Source: Candidatus Kapaibacterium sp. (GTDB lineage Bacteria > Bacteroidota > Ignavibacteria > Kapaibacteriales > UBA2268). Taken from it: DNA of 64,000 nucleotides. The notes beneath the pieces are model-generated. The model did not search any database, had not been told where the DNA came from, and worked only from the letters and a program-made list of their open reading frames with translations. The stretch is from assembly GCA_963665665.1 (NCBI GenBank), contig OY762428.1:1568001-1632000 (forward strand), written 5' to 3'. This document shows, in pieces, positions 1 through 9,310 of the stretch. Both the position numbers and the translations under genes were made by a program. How positions within the stretch are numbered: position 1 is the first letter of the stretch; each line of letters opens with the position of its first letter.

Positions 1-54
1 ATATCTCACCTTGATATCGAAGACATAGAAAGTGATATTAATAAGTTGAAATAA
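1..54 (+). CDS. 3' end of a probable UPF0175-family antitoxin (partial)
   Basis: Frame 1 reads ISHLDIEDIESDINKLK* and stops 1 nt before the DUF3368-like ATG. UPF0175 genes typically sit upstream of DUF3368 genes. Confidence 0.5.
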   Translation: MSHLDIEDIESDINKLK

Positions 55-55
55 T

Positions 56-550
56 ATGAAAAACAAGCTGGTAATAGCTGATTCAGGGCCAATTTTTTCA
101 TTATTAATAATTGGCAGGTTAGATTTATTATTAAAACTTTTTGAAGAAATAAGGATTCCGAGAGCAGTTTGGGAGGAAATTACACGAGATGAGACGAAAG
201 ATTTCTATAATCAAATAATAGATTTTTTCCATGATAAGATTCAGGATATAAACAGTTTTAATGATTTATCCTTTATAATGGACTATGGTGAATCGGAATC
301 AGTTATACTCTATAATGAATTACAAGCTGATTTCCTGCTAATTGACGATAAAAAAGCAAGGAAAATTGCTGAAAATTTTAATATAAATTGTATCGGAACA
401 ATTGGACTATTATCTGTTTCAAAAGAAAAAGGTTTTATCAGTAAGTTGAAACCAATATTTGAGATATTACTTTCAAATAACAGATATTATTCATTGGATT
501 TGCTTAATTGCATTTTAGAAAAATATAATGAGGATTTAATATTCATATAA
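56..550 (+). CDS. DUF3368-family PIN-domain protein (putative toxin)
   Basis: PIN motifs VIADSGP, IPRAVWEE, GESESV, LLIDDKKARKIA, GTIGLL. Confidence 0.85.
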   Translation: MKNKLVIADSGPIFSLLIIGRLDLLLKLFEEIRIPRAVWEEITRDETKDFYNQIIDFFHDKIQDINSFNDLSFIMDYGESESVILYNELQADFLLIDDKKARKIAENFNINCIGTIGLLSVSKEKGFISKLKPIFEILLSNNRYYSLDLLNCILEKYNEDLIFI

Positions 551-672
551 GAATTCAATATTTTCTGGCATTATAAAATATTACGGGCCGTCATCCTGAT
601 ATTACTCAGAGTGTGGCCCGTGTTTGCTTTAGGTTCCTGTTACCTGAAATAAATTTCTGCTGGAATCAGAAG

Positions 673-1182
673 TTAATCATCATCTTCTTCGTTCTCGTCA
701 TTATCATTTTCCTCTTCCCGGCTGATTTTAGTTCCGTCATCTTTAATCAGAACTTCCAGTTCTTTATCGCCGCTTTCCAATTCAAATTCGTATAGATTGG
801 TTTTTTCAGCAGTTATTATGTATTCAACTTCTTCAACCTTGTGATCGGGATATTTCTCTTTTAATACATTCATTACTGATTCGGGAACATCCTCTGCATT
901 TATCTCTTTCTCTGTGGCAAGCCACTTGCCGTCTTTGTCAAATTCCACGCTGTATTCCACTCCTGAAATTTTAAATTCAGCTTCGTAGTCGTTTTCTTCT
1001 TTTTCCCATTCAGTATCTTCGGCTTTAGGGAATTCGCTTTTGACAAAATCTACGCTGCTTTGAGGAATGCCATCTGTATTTTCGCTATTTAAAATATTTT
1101 CGACTGATTTGTTGTCAGAGGCTTCTTTAGCTGAGCAAGAAAAAAGGAAAAGAACGGTTAAAAGGATTGCAAAGTATTTCAT
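673..1182 (-). CDS. PepSY-like (DUF2874/BLIP-like) lipoprotein
   Basis: Lipobox LFSC; two repeats of P..V...FP/YP...E.E....YE.E..; FDKDGKWL. Confidence 0.8.
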   Translation of the reverse strand: MKYFAILLTVLFLFSCSAKEASDNKSVENILNSENTDGIPQSSVDFVKSEFPKAEDTEWEKEENDYEAEFKISGVEYSVEFDKDGKWLATEKEINAEDVPESVMNVLKEKYPDHKVEEVEYIITAEKTNLYEFELESGDKELEVLIKDDGTKISREEENDNDENEEDDD

Positions 1183-1302
1183 GATATACCTTCTATATGT
1201 TTATTAGTAATTTTATACAAAGTAATTAATTATTGATTTTAAAACAAAAAAAGCCCCGCAAATAATTACAGGGCCGGGAAATTTCTCTATTCAGGGAGAG
1301 AT

Positions 1303-2220
1303 TTATTTAAGGTATTTCTGGTATATTCTACCTCCGAAGCGATACCTTTTCAGGTAATTGCTCTGTGATATATGGCTGTAGACAACGCCACGCCTTTTCC
1401 ATGAGGATGCATGTGCAAACACGCCATTGCCAATATAAATACCAACATGCCCTATCCTACTTGAACGCCAGTTGGAACCAGTGAAGAATATCAGATCGCC
1501 AAATTTCAGGTCATCAACCTTTTTAATTTTATCGAAGATCCTGGCCTGATTTGCAGCGCCGGCCGGGATATGAAGCCCTATTGATTCTTCCATTACAATG
1601 GAAGTAAAGTTGGAACAGTCAACGCCTTTTCTGGATCGACCGCCCCAGGTATATCTCGTTCCGAGCCACCCTGTAATAGTTGTCATCAGTTCAGCTTTCC
1701 TCAGAATATCTTCAAATACCGGTTTGTACCAGTCAGGTTTAAGATACTCAGGCATACCGATTTCGGTAACTTTTTTCGGGCTAACCCAATATCTCTTCAT
1801 TATAAAATCCCTGTAATAGGGGTTGATAAATGAAAATGAAGAGAAAAGATCAAAACTCCAGAATTCCATTTCCGATTTGTTTATAAGGGTGTAATCCTTT
1901 GATAAAATATTAGGTTTTTCAATTGATCTCGGAGAAAAACTAAACTTTAGTTCTTTACCGAGGTCCTTGATAACGGGGCTGTTTACAGTTTTCAGAAATG
2001 ATGAGGGAGAGAATTCGGTAATATATACTTTGCTTGTATAATTGTAATATTTCGGGCAGTATTCTTTCAGAAGTGTGATAGAACGCTCTATCTTACTTTT
2101 TTTGGTATAGCTTTTTCTTGCAGAAACAACACTGACATCAGCAAGAATAAACAATATTGTAATTATAATCAAAAGCGGGTATATAATTCTATTTTTATCA
2201 GTCATAACAGAGTTTTCCAA
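1303..2220 (-). CDS. NlpC/P60 (C40) peptidoglycan endopeptidase
   Basis: YTWGG, GVDCS, GDLIFF, GHVGIYIG, FAHAS; N-terminal hydrophobic segment. Confidence 0.9.
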   Translation of the reverse strand: MENSVMTDKNRIIYPLLIIITILFILADVSVVSARKSYTKKSKIERSITLLKEYCPKYYNYTSKVYITEFSPSSFLKTVNSPVIKDLGKELKFSFSPRSIEKPNILSKDYTLINKSEMEFWSFDLFSSFSFINPYYRDFIMKRYWVSPKKVTEIGMPEYLKPDWYKPVFEDILRKAELMTTITGWLGTRYTWGGRSRKGVDCSNFTSIVMEESIGLHIPAGAANQARIFDKIKKVDDLKFGDLIFFTGSNWRSSRIGHVGIYIGNGVFAHASSWKRRGVVYSHISQSNYLKRYRFGGRIYQKYLK

Positions 2221-2391
2221 TATTCAACAAAGTACAGGTTACAAATGTATGCAAACAATACATAAATACCAATTATTGATTGTTAATGAAATATTAAGAA
2301 TCTGATATCAGAAAACCGGGGATTTCTAATTGAATTTTTGGATCAAAGAATGAGTTTTTTCACGAATAAAAAAAAATCAGAACATAATATT

Positions 2392-2416
2392 AAACTTTCA
2401 GCAAAGAACATCCGTC
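2392..2416 (+). promoter_or_regulatory. Possible ECF-type promoter AAAC-N17-CGTC upstream of the TonB receptor
   Basis: taAACtttcagcaaagaacatcCGTCaa about 25 nt upstream of the ATG; short motif that could occur by chance. Confidence 0.25.
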
Positions 2417-2440
2417 AATTGGATTATTGTTAAATTGTGA

Positions 2441-4714
2441 ATGAAAATTATGAAGCTGTTATTCTTATTTTTTTTGATATTTATATTCTCCAGTAGCTTG
2501 TATGCTGCGTCCATCAACGGATTTGTTACGGATGAAAAATCAGGAGAAACTATTGTCGGGGCAACTATCTACCTGAAAGGTACAAAATTCGGGGCCTATA
2601 CCAACAAGGCCGGATATTATTCTATAAACGGAATCCCTGCCGGAAACTACGAAATAAACGTATCATCGATCGGATATAAAAAATATTCAGAAAATATCAA
2701 ATTGACAGCCAACCAAAGTTTAAGGAAGAAGATAATCCTAGAGCCAAATGATATTTATACTGATGAAGTAAGAGTAGAAGCAGACCGCGAAGCTGATAAA
2801 AATGAAATAATTATCAGCCGTGTGGATATACCAATGCGGGAAATCAAAAAAATCAGAATCGGAGGCGAAGCTGATATTTTCCGTTCTATCCAGTTCCTGC
2901 CCGGTATTCTGACATCTTCGCAGATATCAAGCGGCCTGTTCGTCAGGGGTGGTTCGCCCGACCAGAACCTTGTTCTGCTGGACGGCTCGACTGTTTATAA
3001 TCCTACCCACCTTTTTGGATTTATTTCAACATTCAATCCCGAAGCAATAAAGGATGTTGAGCTGATCAAAGGCGGTTTCCCTGCCGAGTATGGTGGAAGG
3101 CTCTCGGCTGTTCTGAATATTACTCAAAAAGACGGTAACAAAAATAATTATGACGGAATGGCAAGTATAGGGGTAATTTCTTCTCGAGCATCGGTTGAAG
3201 GCCCGCTTGGGAACGGCTCTTTTTTCCTCGGAGGCAGGCGTACATATTTTGAACTTGTTAAAGCATTTATACCTGATGATCCGGAAAGCCCGTTGCCTGA
3301 TTTCAATTTCTATGATGTTAACGCCAAGGTAAGTCAGCAATTCGGAAGAAATGATAAATTCTTCGCCAGTGGTTTCGTTTCGGCTGATAATCTCAGCTAT
3401 GGAAGCTATGGAATTGACGTTGGCCTGGGAATAGGAAACAGATCCGGCGCACTTAAATGGACACATATTTTTGGTGATAACCTCTTTTCCGACCTCAATG
3501 TATCCGCATCGCATTATAACAATTCTCTCGACGGAGGACAATCAGGTTTCAATTTCGCTTTTGAAAATACAATAACTGATTATACTATCAAAAATACAGT
3601 TGAGTGGTTTACATCCGACAGAATAACCCATAAATTCGGATTCGAAACTGTTTTTTATAATTACGGTTACTTTTCCAATTTTTCAGGGGACGAAGATTCA
3701 ACTGCCAGCTCTTCATCAAATGAATCAGGTATGATCAACCTGAATGTAAAGGATGTTTCTCACAGCGGATTTGTACAGGTGAACTGGAAACCAATGGACA
3801 TAATATCACTCCAGGCCGGCTTACGGGGCAATTACTGGAAATTGCGTAATGAATTCAATTTAAACCCAAGGTTAGCAATAAGATACCAGCTAAATGGACA
3901 GGTTGCCCTTAAAGCAGCATGGGGAATGTTCAGCCAGAATCTGCGCCTTGCTTCACAACCTGATTTCTCATTCTTTGATACATGGCTGCCAACAGATTCT
4001 ACCCTGCCGATAAGCAAAGCACAGCATTTTGTTTTCAGTGTGGAGACAAAGCCCTATGATGAGTTCAGTCTTAATTTTGATACCTATTACAAAAAACTTA
4101 ATAATATCAGTGAGATAAACAGATACCTGCTTGATGCCGAAACAAGCAGTGACGTTTTTTTCATTGGGGATGCTAACGCTTATGGAGCAGAAGTATTCCT
4201 GCAAAAGAAAACAGGCAAACTAACAGGTTGGTTCGGATACGCTCTGGGATTCATATATGCGAAATTCGACAGTATCAACGGCGGAAAAGAATTTCGGCCC
4301 AAGTATGACCGCCGTCACGACCTGAAACTGGTTGTTAATTATCATTACAATGACAGCTGGGACTTTGGGATGAGTTTTACATTTCAGTCCGGCCAGTCTT
4401 ATACCGGGGCCACATCCCGTTTCCAGATAAGAATGCCGGAGATGACCACAGGCCGTGGAGTATTGATACCTTCGGAAAGATACGGGCTAAGGTTGCCGCC
4501 GTCCCATCAGCTGAACATGAATGCTGCCTATTCATTTAAAATGTATGGTTTCCCTGCCAAAGTAATTTTGGATGTTTTCAACGTGTATAACCGCAGGGAT
4601 ATATGGTTCAGATATTATGACACCAAAACTGATGAAACTAAGGTAGAAGACGTAAGGCTACTCCCAATCCTTCCCACACTCTCATTTGAAATTAAATTCT
4701 CGGAGGCAAAGTAA
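2441..4714 (+). CDS. TonB-dependent receptor with N-terminal carboxypeptidase-regulatory-like domain
   Basis: Signal peptide, INGFVTDEKSGE, plug motifs VRGGSPDQNLVLLDG and KGGFPAEYGGRLS, barrel end LPTLSFEIKF. Confidence 0.92.
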   Translation: MKIMKLLFLFFLIFIFSSSLYAASINGFVTDEKSGETIVGATIYLKGTKFGAYTNKAGYYSINGIPAGNYEINVSSIGYKKYSENIKLTANQSLRKKIILEPNDIYTDEVRVEADREADKNEIIISRVDIPMREIKKIRIGGEADIFRSIQFLPGILTSSQISSGLFVRGGSPDQNLVLLDGSTVYNPTHLFGFISTFNPEAIKDVELIKGGFPAEYGGRLSAVLNITQKDGNKNNYDGMASIGVISSRASVEGPLGNGSFFLGGRRTYFELVKAFIPDDPESPLPDFNFYDVNAKVSQQFGRNDKFFASGFVSADNLSYGSYGIDVGLGIGNRSGALKWTHIFGDNLFSDLNVSASHYNNSLDGGQSGFNFAFENTITDYTIKNTVEWFTSDRITHKFGFETVFYNYGYFSNFSGDEDSTASSSSNESGMINLNVKDVSHSGFVQVNWKPMDIISLQAGLRGNYWKLRNEFNLNPRLAIRYQLNGQVALKAAWGMFSQNLRLASQPDFSFFDTWLPTDSTLPISKAQHFVFSVETKPYDEFSLNFDTYYKKLNNISEINRYLLDAETSSDVFFIGDANAYGAEVFLQKKTGKLTGWFGYALGFIYAKFDSINGGKEFRPKYDRRHDLKLVVNYHYNDSWDFGMSFTFQSGQSYTGATSRFQIRMPEMTTGRGVLIPSERYGLRLPPSHQLNMNAAYSFKMYGFPAKVILDVFNVYNRRDIWFRYYDTKTDETKVEDVRLLPILPTLSFEIKFSEAK

Positions 4715-5577
4715 TGAATTTTAAATTGGCCATTATACTGTTAATAATTGTATCAGCAATTATATCCTGCGAGGATACTCCGCCCGAAAATTATATTCCG
4801 CAAACCTATGTTGAGGGTTTCTTGCTTGTCGATCAACCGATAGAAGGAATAAGATTATTTACAACACAGTCCGTAAGCGATTCTTTTAATTACTCAGAAA
4901 GTATAATCAGAAATGCCGAAGTCAGAATTATTGATGAAAACGGGAATCTCTATGACCTACAATTCCGTGACAGTATTAATGATTATTTCTATCCGGGCAA
5001 CGAAACAGTACTGCCAAAAACTAAATATAAACTGGAAATCGATCCCGGAGACGGGAACCTGATTACCGGGGAGACTATAACACCTCAACGATTTGAATGG
5101 GTTGAAAGTCCGAAAGATATTATTCACTATCCCAAGGATACTCTTGCTCTTGATGAAGTGGATTCCCTGGGTATATCATGGAACAATTCAGCAGGGACTC
5201 TCTGGTATATGATCCAGGTGAAATGCCTCGATACCCTTGATTACGGCATATATTTAAACGATATTGACGATGAAGAACTTAACAGGAGAATTGAAAGGCC
5301 GTTCGGACAGAATTCCAGGTACTGGACTGATCCGTCCCGCTATGTCGGGCCGTTGGCAAATACCGAACTTCCCACGGTGTGGAATACTTTCAAGTGGTAT
5401 GGTAAACATGAACTAAAGATATATGCCCCGGACTTTAACATGCTCAGGTGGTTTATTCACATGCAGCGTGCATCTTATTACGAACCTTTGCTGGGGAGCA
5501 TTGAAGGAGCAATAGGAGTTTTCGGGTCTGCATCGCTTATCAGTGATGAGTTCTTCCTGATAAAGAATCAGAAGTAG
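4714..5577 (+). CDS. DUF4249-like lipoprotein, partner of the TonB receptor
   Basis: Lipobox ISC; YVEGFL; C-terminal SIEGAIGVFGS; stop/start overlap with the receptor gene. Confidence 0.75.
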   Translation: MNFKLAIILLIIVSAIISCEDTPPENYIPQTYVEGFLLVDQPIEGIRLFTTQSVSDSFNYSESIIRNAEVRIIDENGNLYDLQFRDSINDYFYPGNETVLPKTKYKLEIDPGDGNLITGETITPQRFEWVESPKDIIHYPKDTLALDEVDSLGISWNNSAGTLWYMIQVKCLDTLDYGIYLNDIDDEELNRRIERPFGQNSRYWTDPSRYVGPLANTELPTVWNTFKWYGKHELKIYAPDFNMLRWFIHMQRASYYEPLLGSIEGAIGVFGSASLISDEFFLIKNQK

Positions 5578-6017
5578 CTGATACCATATATTATAATATA
5601 TTTTACAATTTTTTCAATTACTCAGGTATTTAACTACAAACCTGATTTTGTTATGATCAGATATATCCATGATATTCAACCTGAGGCGTTAACACGGATC
5701 AGTTTTTAAAAGTTGGGGATTAAATGCTGAATTGCAAGATTATACTCTCTGAAACCTGATACATATTGTGACTTAGTTATCTCTACTCCCATCCGACAGA
5801 ATTTCTGTGCAAATTGATCATCAGGTTTGCCGGGCATAGCAAACTTCAATGTTTTTCAACTGAATATTTTCATCGCCATAACGAATTCCGCTACTTTTCT
5901 ATTAAAACATCAATTGATCAAGGAGATCGAACGGACAAATAGAACGAAATTCTTTATCAAAAAAGTGAAATTCTGTGTTTTCTGAGTAAAAATTTACCTG
6001 AAAAAGTGTTTTTGGAA

Positions 6018-6227
6018 GCACAAACCAACGCTAAGATGACACGAACCAAGCCTAAGACGGCACGAACCAACGTTAAGACGGCATGAACCAAGCCTAAGAC
6101 GGCACGAACCAACGTTAAGACGGCATGAACCAATGCTAAGACGACATGAACCAAGCCTAAGACGGCACGAACCAAGCCTAAGACGGCACAAACCAACGCT
6201 AAGATGACATATCCCAACGCTAAGATG
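6018..6227. repeat. 21-bp tandem array A, about 10 units (GCACGAACCAAGCCTAAGACG-like)
   Basis: Units read directly, with variants such as gcatgaaccaagcctaagacg and gcacgaaccaacgttaagacg. Confidence 0.95.
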
Positions 6228-6248
6228 ACATAAATCAGCGATAATCAG

Positions 6249-6521
6249 GCTTGGGGGAACGCTCGGAAAGCTTGGGGGAACGCTCGGAAAGCTTGGGGGA
6301 ACGCTCGGAAAGCTTGGGGGAACGCTCGGAAAGCATGGGGGAACGCTCCGAAAGCTCTGGGGAACGCTCGGCAGGGTCGGGGGATCGCTCGGAAAGCTTG
6401 GGGGAACGCTCGACAGGCACGGGTGAACGCTCGACAGGCACGGGGGAACGCTCGGCAGGCACGGGGGAACGCTCGGCAGGGTCGGGGGAATGCTCGGCAG
6501 GCACGGGGGAACGCTCGGAAC
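6249..6521. repeat. 21-bp tandem array B, about 13 units (GCTTGGGGGAACGCTCGGAAA-like)
   Basis: Units read directly; GC-rich against an AT-rich background. Confidence 0.95.
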
Positions 6522-7168
6522 GCTCAGAAAAAGGGATTTTGGCTGTAAAAAATCGTTTCAGAAGGATGTATAAAAGGCATTAATATCAATAATATCAGTC
6601 AATTACGAGGACGGATAGTAAATAAGTAAAAATTCGACAGGAATATGATCCGGATAGTTGAAAATCAATTGCATTCAGGGAATAATTTCTCCAAATTATG
6701 CGTTTTAAAGCCCCCGGGAAAGAATAAAATTCTTCGGCAGTGGCAGAATCGAAATAAAGAATACACTTGTTTCTATGATAAAATCATGAAGAATAGATTC
6801 TTTACTTCTTTCAGGGTGAAATTTTACGGCTTTATCTGCTACTAACAGTAGATGTGTCTCCGGCAGTGATCTTTTCTTATTAAGAATAATGAAACTTTTT
6901 GCTTAGTCCCCAGTTTTGGATGTGAGGCGTTAACACACATGTTGCCGGAAATCAATTTTAAAACAGAATTTTTTGATAATTTAGTAAGTGAACTACTCTG
7001 TTTTTCAACGAAGTAGTTGCCGTCACAGTTGCCGAAATCATCAGGACTATCAATTTTATTGAAAAATTTTTTACAATATTATTTCAATATGATCGAATCC
7101 TATCGAAAGGTTTGTCAGTTTTAGGAAGAATTTTATAGAGAAAACATATAACCACGTTTTGGGAGTTT

Positions 7169-9226
7169 ATGAATTTACTCAGGTGGTTTTGTATGTTTTT
7201 TTATTTTTTTGCCCATACCCGTCACGTCTCTGATCTCACTTTTCTTAAGTTTTTACCTGTATTCCTATTAATAGTATATTCATCGCCATCCCTTGCAGAT
7301 GAATATGATTATGACGACCGCACGGAATCCCCTCGCTTTATAGTTAAGGGGAGCAAAAGCGGAAAATTTCCTCTTGTCCATACCGAAGCCGACGTACATA
7401 TTACCGGTGTAATAGCCGATGTTAAAGTAACCCAGGTATATGTAAATAACGGTAAGGAAACCGTTGAAGCGAAATATGTATTTCCGGGATCAACCAAATC
7501 TGCTGTTCATGCTATGACTATGTTCGTTGGAAAACGAAAAATTGAAGCTAAGATCAAGAAAAAGGAAGAAGCCCGCGAAGATTACGAAACGGCTAAGGCA
7601 GAAGGTAAAAGCGCTTCTCTGCTTGAACAGGAAAGGCCAAACGTTTTCAGTATGAACGTTGCAAATATCCGCCCCGGCGATACGATAAAAGTTGAATTGA
7701 AATACAACGAACTTATCAGCCCGGAAGAAGGAGTTTATGAGTTTGTATATCCAACCGTGGCCGGCCCGAGATATGAAGGTTCCGGAGGAACTGATAAAGA
7801 CCCCTGGGTTACGAACCCATACACTCATGAAGATACTCACAAATACATGTCCAATACTTACACATTTGATATAGATGTAGAATTGGAGGCCCCTCTGCCA
7901 ATCAGCGCCGCTCAATGCAGCTCTCACGAAGTAAATATTAATTACAAAAGCGAGAGAAATGCAATTATCGGACTTAAGAAAATGAAATCCAACGGAGGAG
8001 AGAAGGATTTTATTTTCAGGTACAGCCTCTCGGGAAATGAGCCTGAAACAGGACTAACAGCTTACAAAGGAAAGGACGGGAATTACTTCCTGTTCACTGT
8101 TCAACCGCCAAAAAGACTGGAAAAAGACAAAATTCCGCCAAGGGAGTATATATTTATCATGGATGTTTCAGGCTCCATGAGCGGTTTCCCGATTGAATTA
8201 TCAAAAAATATGATGAGGAAGCTCCTGTCAGGGCTAAAACCTCACGACAGGTTTAACCTTATGCTTTTTGCCGGATCATCCGAGATAATGGCCAATGAAT
8301 CCGTTGCAGCCACCAAAGCAAATATTGACAGGGCTATGGATATTATCGACGGGCAGAACGGAAGGGGAAGCACGGAAGTATTATCCGCCCTGGAAAAGGC
8401 GCTTAGTATGAAGAATACAAGGGACTATTCCCGCTCATTTATCATTCTTACGGACGGTTATGTTACTGTTGAAAAGGAATGTTTCGACCTGATCAGGGAT
8501 AATCTCGGAAATGCTAATTTCTTCTCAATCGGCATAGGAGAAAATGTTAACAGGTTTATTATTGAAGGTATGGCTCATGTGGGCAATACCGATCCTATAG
8601 TAGTTACAAGCGAGAGCAGGGCCAGGGAGGCATTCCTAAAATTTACAAAACTCGTGTCAGGCCCTGTTCTCACCAATATTGAGCTGGATTTCGGGGGCTT
8701 TGATGCTTACGACTTAAACCTCCAGAAAGTCCCCGATCTCTTCGCTGAAAAACCTGTAGTTATATTCGGAAAATGGAAAGGCCCGCTACAGGGCGAAATA
8801 AGGCTTAAAGGCCGCAGCGGCGACGGTATATTCAGGGCTGTTCACAGGGTTACGCCTAAAGATATGTCTGAGGAAAGTTCAGTTCTTAAATATCTCTGGG
8901 CCAGGGATAAAATCAGGATACTATCTGATTATAATAGTATTGATAATGATGACGACCTGGTTGAAGAGATAACTGATCTCGGACTAAAATACAACCTGCT
9001 AACCGATTATACATCATTTATAGCAGTTGACCATAAAAGGAAAAATTCAATAAATGATGATCTGGATATGTCCTTTAAAGCAACAGACAGTCAGAAACCT
9101 GTAAGCATTAGCAGCAAATATTCCGGTGGCAGTTCAGGCGCTGTGCCCGAACCGGAAGAATGGCTGCTGATAATAGCACTTTCACTAACTGCAATTTTTG
9201 TTGCATATCGTAAATTTTTTGCCTGA
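7169..9226 (+). CDS. VIT + VWA domain protein with PEP-CTERM sorting signal (exosortase N substrate)
   Basis: VIT (VKVTQVYVN...EAKYVFP...ASLLEQERPNVF), MIDAS DVSGSM and LTDG, C-terminus VPEPEEWLLIIALSLTAIFVAYRKFFA. Confidence 0.9.
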   Translation: MNLLRWFCMFFYFFAHTRHVSDLTFLKFLPVFLLIVYSSPSLADEYDYDDRTESPRFIVKGSKSGKFPLVHTEADVHITGVIADVKVTQVYVNNGKETVEAKYVFPGSTKSAVHAMTMFVGKRKIEAKIKKKEEAREDYETAKAEGKSASLLEQERPNVFSMNVANIRPGDTIKVELKYNELISPEEGVYEFVYPTVAGPRYEGSGGTDKDPWVTNPYTHEDTHKYMSNTYTFDIDVELEAPLPISAAQCSSHEVNINYKSERNAIIGLKKMKSNGGEKDFIFRYSLSGNEPETGLTAYKGKDGNYFLFTVQPPKRLEKDKIPPREYIFIMDVSGSMSGFPIELSKNMMRKLLSGLKPHDRFNLMLFAGSSEIMANESVAATKANIDRAMDIIDGQNGRGSTEVLSALEKALSMKNTRDYSRSFIILTDGYVTVEKECFDLIRDNLGNANFFSIGIGENVNRFIIEGMAHVGNTDPIVVTSESRAREAFLKFTKLVSGPVLTNIELDFGGFDAYDLNLQKVPDLFAEKPVVIFGKWKGPLQGEIRLKGRSGDGIFRAVHRVTPKDMSEESSVLKYLWARDKIRILSDYNSIDNDDDLVEEITDLGLKYNLLTDYTSFIAVDHKRKNSINDDLDMSFKATDSQKPVSISSKYSGGSSGAVPEPEEWLLIIALSLTAIFVAYRKFFA

Positions 9227-9244
9227 CGGTTAAACGCGGGCAAG

Positions 9245-9280
9245 CCTGCCGTATCCATAACCTGACCCGGGTACGGCAGG
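9245..9280 (+). other. Intergenic stem-loop between the VIT gene and the exosortase gene
   Basis: cctgccgtatcc...gggtacggcagg, with no long U-tract. Confidence 0.5.
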
Positions 9281-9310
9281 AATTATTTTAAGATCATAAT
9301 TGCGTTTACA

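Larger units (their letters stand above)
5682..6936. repeat. Segment flanked by a perfect 14-bp direct repeat TGAGGCGTTAACAC (5682-5695 and 6923-6936)
   Basis: Identical 14-mers read directly; an imperfect inverted pair (aagttggggattaa / ttagtccccagttt) lies just inside them. Confidence 0.6.

Noticed and set aside
6018-6521. CRISPR or TIGR-type array
   Set aside because: The units are contiguous near-identical 21-mers without unique spacers, and no cas- or Nop-domain-like gene is recognisable in the window.
5957-6583. Four ORFs over the arrays listed as real CDS
   Set aside because: 21-bp periodicity keeps frames open on both strands. There is no clear RBS, and the two minus-strand ORFs 5957-6217 and 6235-6504 are in different frames. 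Left as a hypothesis only.
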